Positions 61,493 through 64,000 of a stretch of 64,000 nt of DNA are shown one piece after another. The stretch covers positions 1-64,000 of IMG/VR virus record IMGVR_UViG_3300032038_000021; one strand, written 5' to 3'. How positions within the stretch are numbered: the first letter of the stretch is position 1; each line of letters opens with the position of its first letter. The notes under the pieces were generated by a model. The model did not search any database and was not told the DNA's origin. It worked only from the letters and a program-made list of their open reading frames with translations. Source of the stretch: a virus (Duplodnaviria > Caudoviricetes). Position numbers and translations under genes: made by a program.

Positions 61493-63523
61493 ATGGGAAT
61501 TTTAAATATTCAAGTACATCAGGAAGATGATTTTATATATCAATTTAATAATCTTAAACAGAAGTATGGATCAGATTTCCAGTATCTTAACGGATTCCAC
61601 CAATCACAATTAGACTTCTCTCAATTTATTGCTGGCTTCGTGGACAAATCTACCGTAGCCGATACTACTATAGACGGAAATGCAAATGCTAAACATAAAG
61701 ATATTTGTTCTCTTAGAGGAGAGAAAGGAAAATCTGAAGATAAGCTATTTGCTTTTAATAAAATCTATTATGAATTAAAAAAGAAGTACGGAAAACGCAC
61801 AGCGGATCAATGGTTGGAAGACGAATGGACCGGACAATTCTATATGCACGACGCACCTAGTTCTAGTTATGCAAGTTATTGCTTTGCATACGATTTATCA
61901 CGTCTTGCAAGAGAAGGTTTATTCTTCTTAGACGACTATCATAATGAACCTCCAAGGCATCTCACTACATTTATAGATGATACGATAGAATTTATATCGT
62001 TTTTCTCTAACAGAACATCTGGTGCTTGCGGACTTCCTAATATATTAGTTTGGGCAATGTACTTCTGGAAGAAAGATATAGAGGATGACTATTGTTTGAG
62101 GAATCCTGATTACTATCTTAGACAAGCTTATCAGAAGTTTATATTTAGAATTAATCAGCCGTTCTTGAGAGTAGACCAATCTGCATTTGTAAATGTATCT
62201 ATATTCGATAGATATTATTATGAATCTCTGTTTGGTGGATTAGAGTTCCCTGATGGTAGTTTTGCAATAGATTATGTGGACGAATTCATTAGACAACAGA
62301 AGATATTTATGGAAGTTGTTTCTGAGATTCGTAGTGTAAATATGTTTACATTCCCTGTATTAACTTATTCTTTACTTAAGAGAGACGATTTAACTAAATT
62401 GGAAATGTTAGATATGGTAAAAACAAAGGATTATCATATCTTTAAAGATAATGAATTTGCTAGATGGTGCTCTGATCATAATTGTCAGTGGTATGATAGT
62501 AATTTCTTTATGTCTACAGATGTAACCACACTGAGCAATTGTTGTAGATTATTATCTGATACTACTAAGCTTAGTGGATTTATTAATTCTATTGGAGGTA
62601 CAGCTCTTTCTATCGGATCTGTAAAAGTATCTACAATCAATCTTATGAGAATTGCTTTAGAGTCTGATAAGGATGAAGAGAAGTATTTGAAGATTCTTAG
62701 AGATAAGACTATATTGGATTGTAAAGTTCTTGACAGACAACGTTGGATTATAAAGAGAAATATACAGAAAGGATTACTCCCCAATTTCTGTGAAGGTGGT
62801 GTAGAGTTAGATAAATGTTATAGTTCGATAGGTATATTAGGAATTTTTGAAGCTGTAGAATACTTTGGTTATACTACAATGGATGAATTTGGCAATATAT
62901 CATATACAGAAGAAGGTATAAGTTTTGCTAAGAGAATATTCGATGTATTAAATGAAGTTAAAGATACTTTCTATGATATATATGGAGATGAAACGTGGTA
63001 TAAAGGTAGAGATAATATCTTAGAGAGATACAGTTTCAATATAGAATCTGTGCCTGCTGAGAGAGCTGCTGTAATTCTTTGCCAGAAAGATAATCTTCTT
63101 TTTGAAAGAGATACGGATAAATTCATTTACTCGAATCAGTGGGTTCCGCTCACGGCACGGGCTACTATAGATGAAAAGCTTAAGCTTAGTTCTATACTAG
63201 ACAAGGAATGTTCAGGTGGGTCCATTCTGCACTGTAACCTTGAATCTCCGTTCCCTAACACAGATGTGGGTTGGGATATGCTTAACAAGATTGCTATATC
63301 GGATGTAATATATTTTGCTTTTAATGCTATTATAAATGAATGCAAAGATCACCATGCATTTATAGGAACCGATTATTGTCCTATATGTGGAAAACCAGTA
63401 ATGGATACATGGTCTCGCGTTGTGGGGTTCTATGAGCCTCGTAGAGCATATAGTGCTGATAGAAAGAGAGAACGTGATGCCAGAAAATGGTATCATTATG
63501 CTAATGAGAGATTAGAATTATGA
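61493..63523 (+). CDS. nrdD: anaerobic (class III) ribonucleotide reductase
   Basis: YCF, NCCRL finger loop, PAE, CPICG zinc site, RVVGF glycyl radical motif. Confidence 0.95.
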   Translation: MGILNIQVHQEDDFIYQFNNLKQKYGSDFQYLNGFHQSQLDFSQFIAGFVDKSTVADTTIDGNANAKHKDICSLRGEKGKSEDKLFAFNKIYYELKKKYGKRTADQWLEDEWTGQFYMHDAPSSSYASYCFAYDLSRLAREGLFFLDDYHNEPPRHLTTFIDDTIEFISFFSNRTSGACGLPNILVWAMYFWKKDIEDDYCLRNPDYYLRQAYQKFIFRINQPFLRVDQSAFVNVSIFDRYYYESLFGGLEFPDGSFAIDYVDEFIRQQKIFMEVVSEIRSVNMFTFPVLTYSLLKRDDLTKLEMLDMVKTKDYHIFKDNEFARWCSDHNCQWYDSNFFMSTDVTTLSNCCRLLSDTTKLSGFINSIGGTALSIGSVKVSTINLMRIALESDKDEEKYLKILRDKTILDCKVLDRQRWIIKRNIQKGLLPNFCEGGVELDKCYSSIGILGIFEAVEYFGYTTMDEFGNISYTEEGISFAKRIFDVLNEVKDTFYDIYGDETWYKGRDNILERYSFNIESVPAERAAVILCQKDNLLFERDTDKFIYSNQWVPLTARATIDEKLKLSSILDKECSGGSILHCNLESPFPNTDVGWDMLNKIAISDVIYFAFNAIINECKDHHAFIGTDYCPICGKPVMDTWSRVVGFYEPRRAYSADRKRERDARKWYHYANERLEL

Positions 63524-63996
63524 TTATTAAAGGTATTATAGATGAAGATTTTGTAAACTATAAGAAGTGTAGTACTACTATTATGATGCCTAATTGTTCT
63601 TTTAAGTGTGAAAAAGAATGTGGTAAATTGGTATGTCAGAATTCTAAGTTAGCAAAGTCTTCTAATATAGATATTTCTAATGATAGATTAATAAATAGAT
63701 ATAAGAATAATATTTATAGTGATAGTATAGTATTTCAAGGATTAGAACCTTTTGATAGTTGGGAAGATTTAATCTTATTAATTTCCGATTTTAGAAAAGC
63801 TGGTATAGAAGATGATATAGTAATCTATACTGGTTATAAAGAAGATGAGATAGAAGATAAAGTAGAACTGTTAAAAGTGTTTAATAATATTATAATTAAA
63901 TACGGTAGATATATTCCTGATAGTGAGAAAGTATATGACGAATTATTAGGAGTAGAATTAGCCAGTAAGAATCAATATGCTAAGAGAATAAGTTAA
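63520..63996 (+). CDS. nrdG: class III RNR activase (radical SAM)
   Basis: C.FKC motif, GLEPF, YTGY, KYGRY, ASKNQ; follows nrdD. Confidence 0.9.
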   Translation: MIIKGIIDEDFVNYKKCSTTIMMPNCSFKCEKECGKLVCQNSKLAKSSNIDISNDRLINRYKNNIYSDSIVFQGLEPFDSWEDLILLISDFRKAGIEDDIVIYTGYKEDEIEDKVELLKVFNNIIIKYGRYIPDSEKVYDELLGVELASKNQYAKRIS

Positions 63997-64000
63997 AATA

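Overview
AT-rich segment of a jumbo myophage, probably infecting an anaerobic Firmicute and resembling AR9/PBS1-type phages in its promoter motifs. It carries virion genes (major capsid, T4 gp21-like prohead protease, neck, baseplate, internal head proteins), an exonuclease-less family B DNA polymerase, nrdD/nrdG/glutaredoxin, PhoH and tRNA-Leu(TAA). The main discovery is a dispersed library of 23 minus-strand cassettes without ribosome-binding sites, encoding diverse tail-fibre-tip (receptor-binding-like) domains (4972-7670 and 50017-60980). Each begins in the same frame at the core T-GAT-GAW (Asp-Asp/Glu). A duplicated cassette whose homology starts and ends exactly at this core suggests motif-to-motif mobile units. 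No recombinase or acceptor tail-fibre gene is in the window. One cassette and an orphan fragment look like DGR variable regions. Other notable items: a repeated small-gene module with co-varying 5'/3' complementarity, a shared N-terminal MFYG(V/I)IxE putative capsid-targeting peptide on five proteins, phage-specific early and late promoter motifs, and two candidate small RNAs. All product calls come from motif recognition by eye; no database searches were run.
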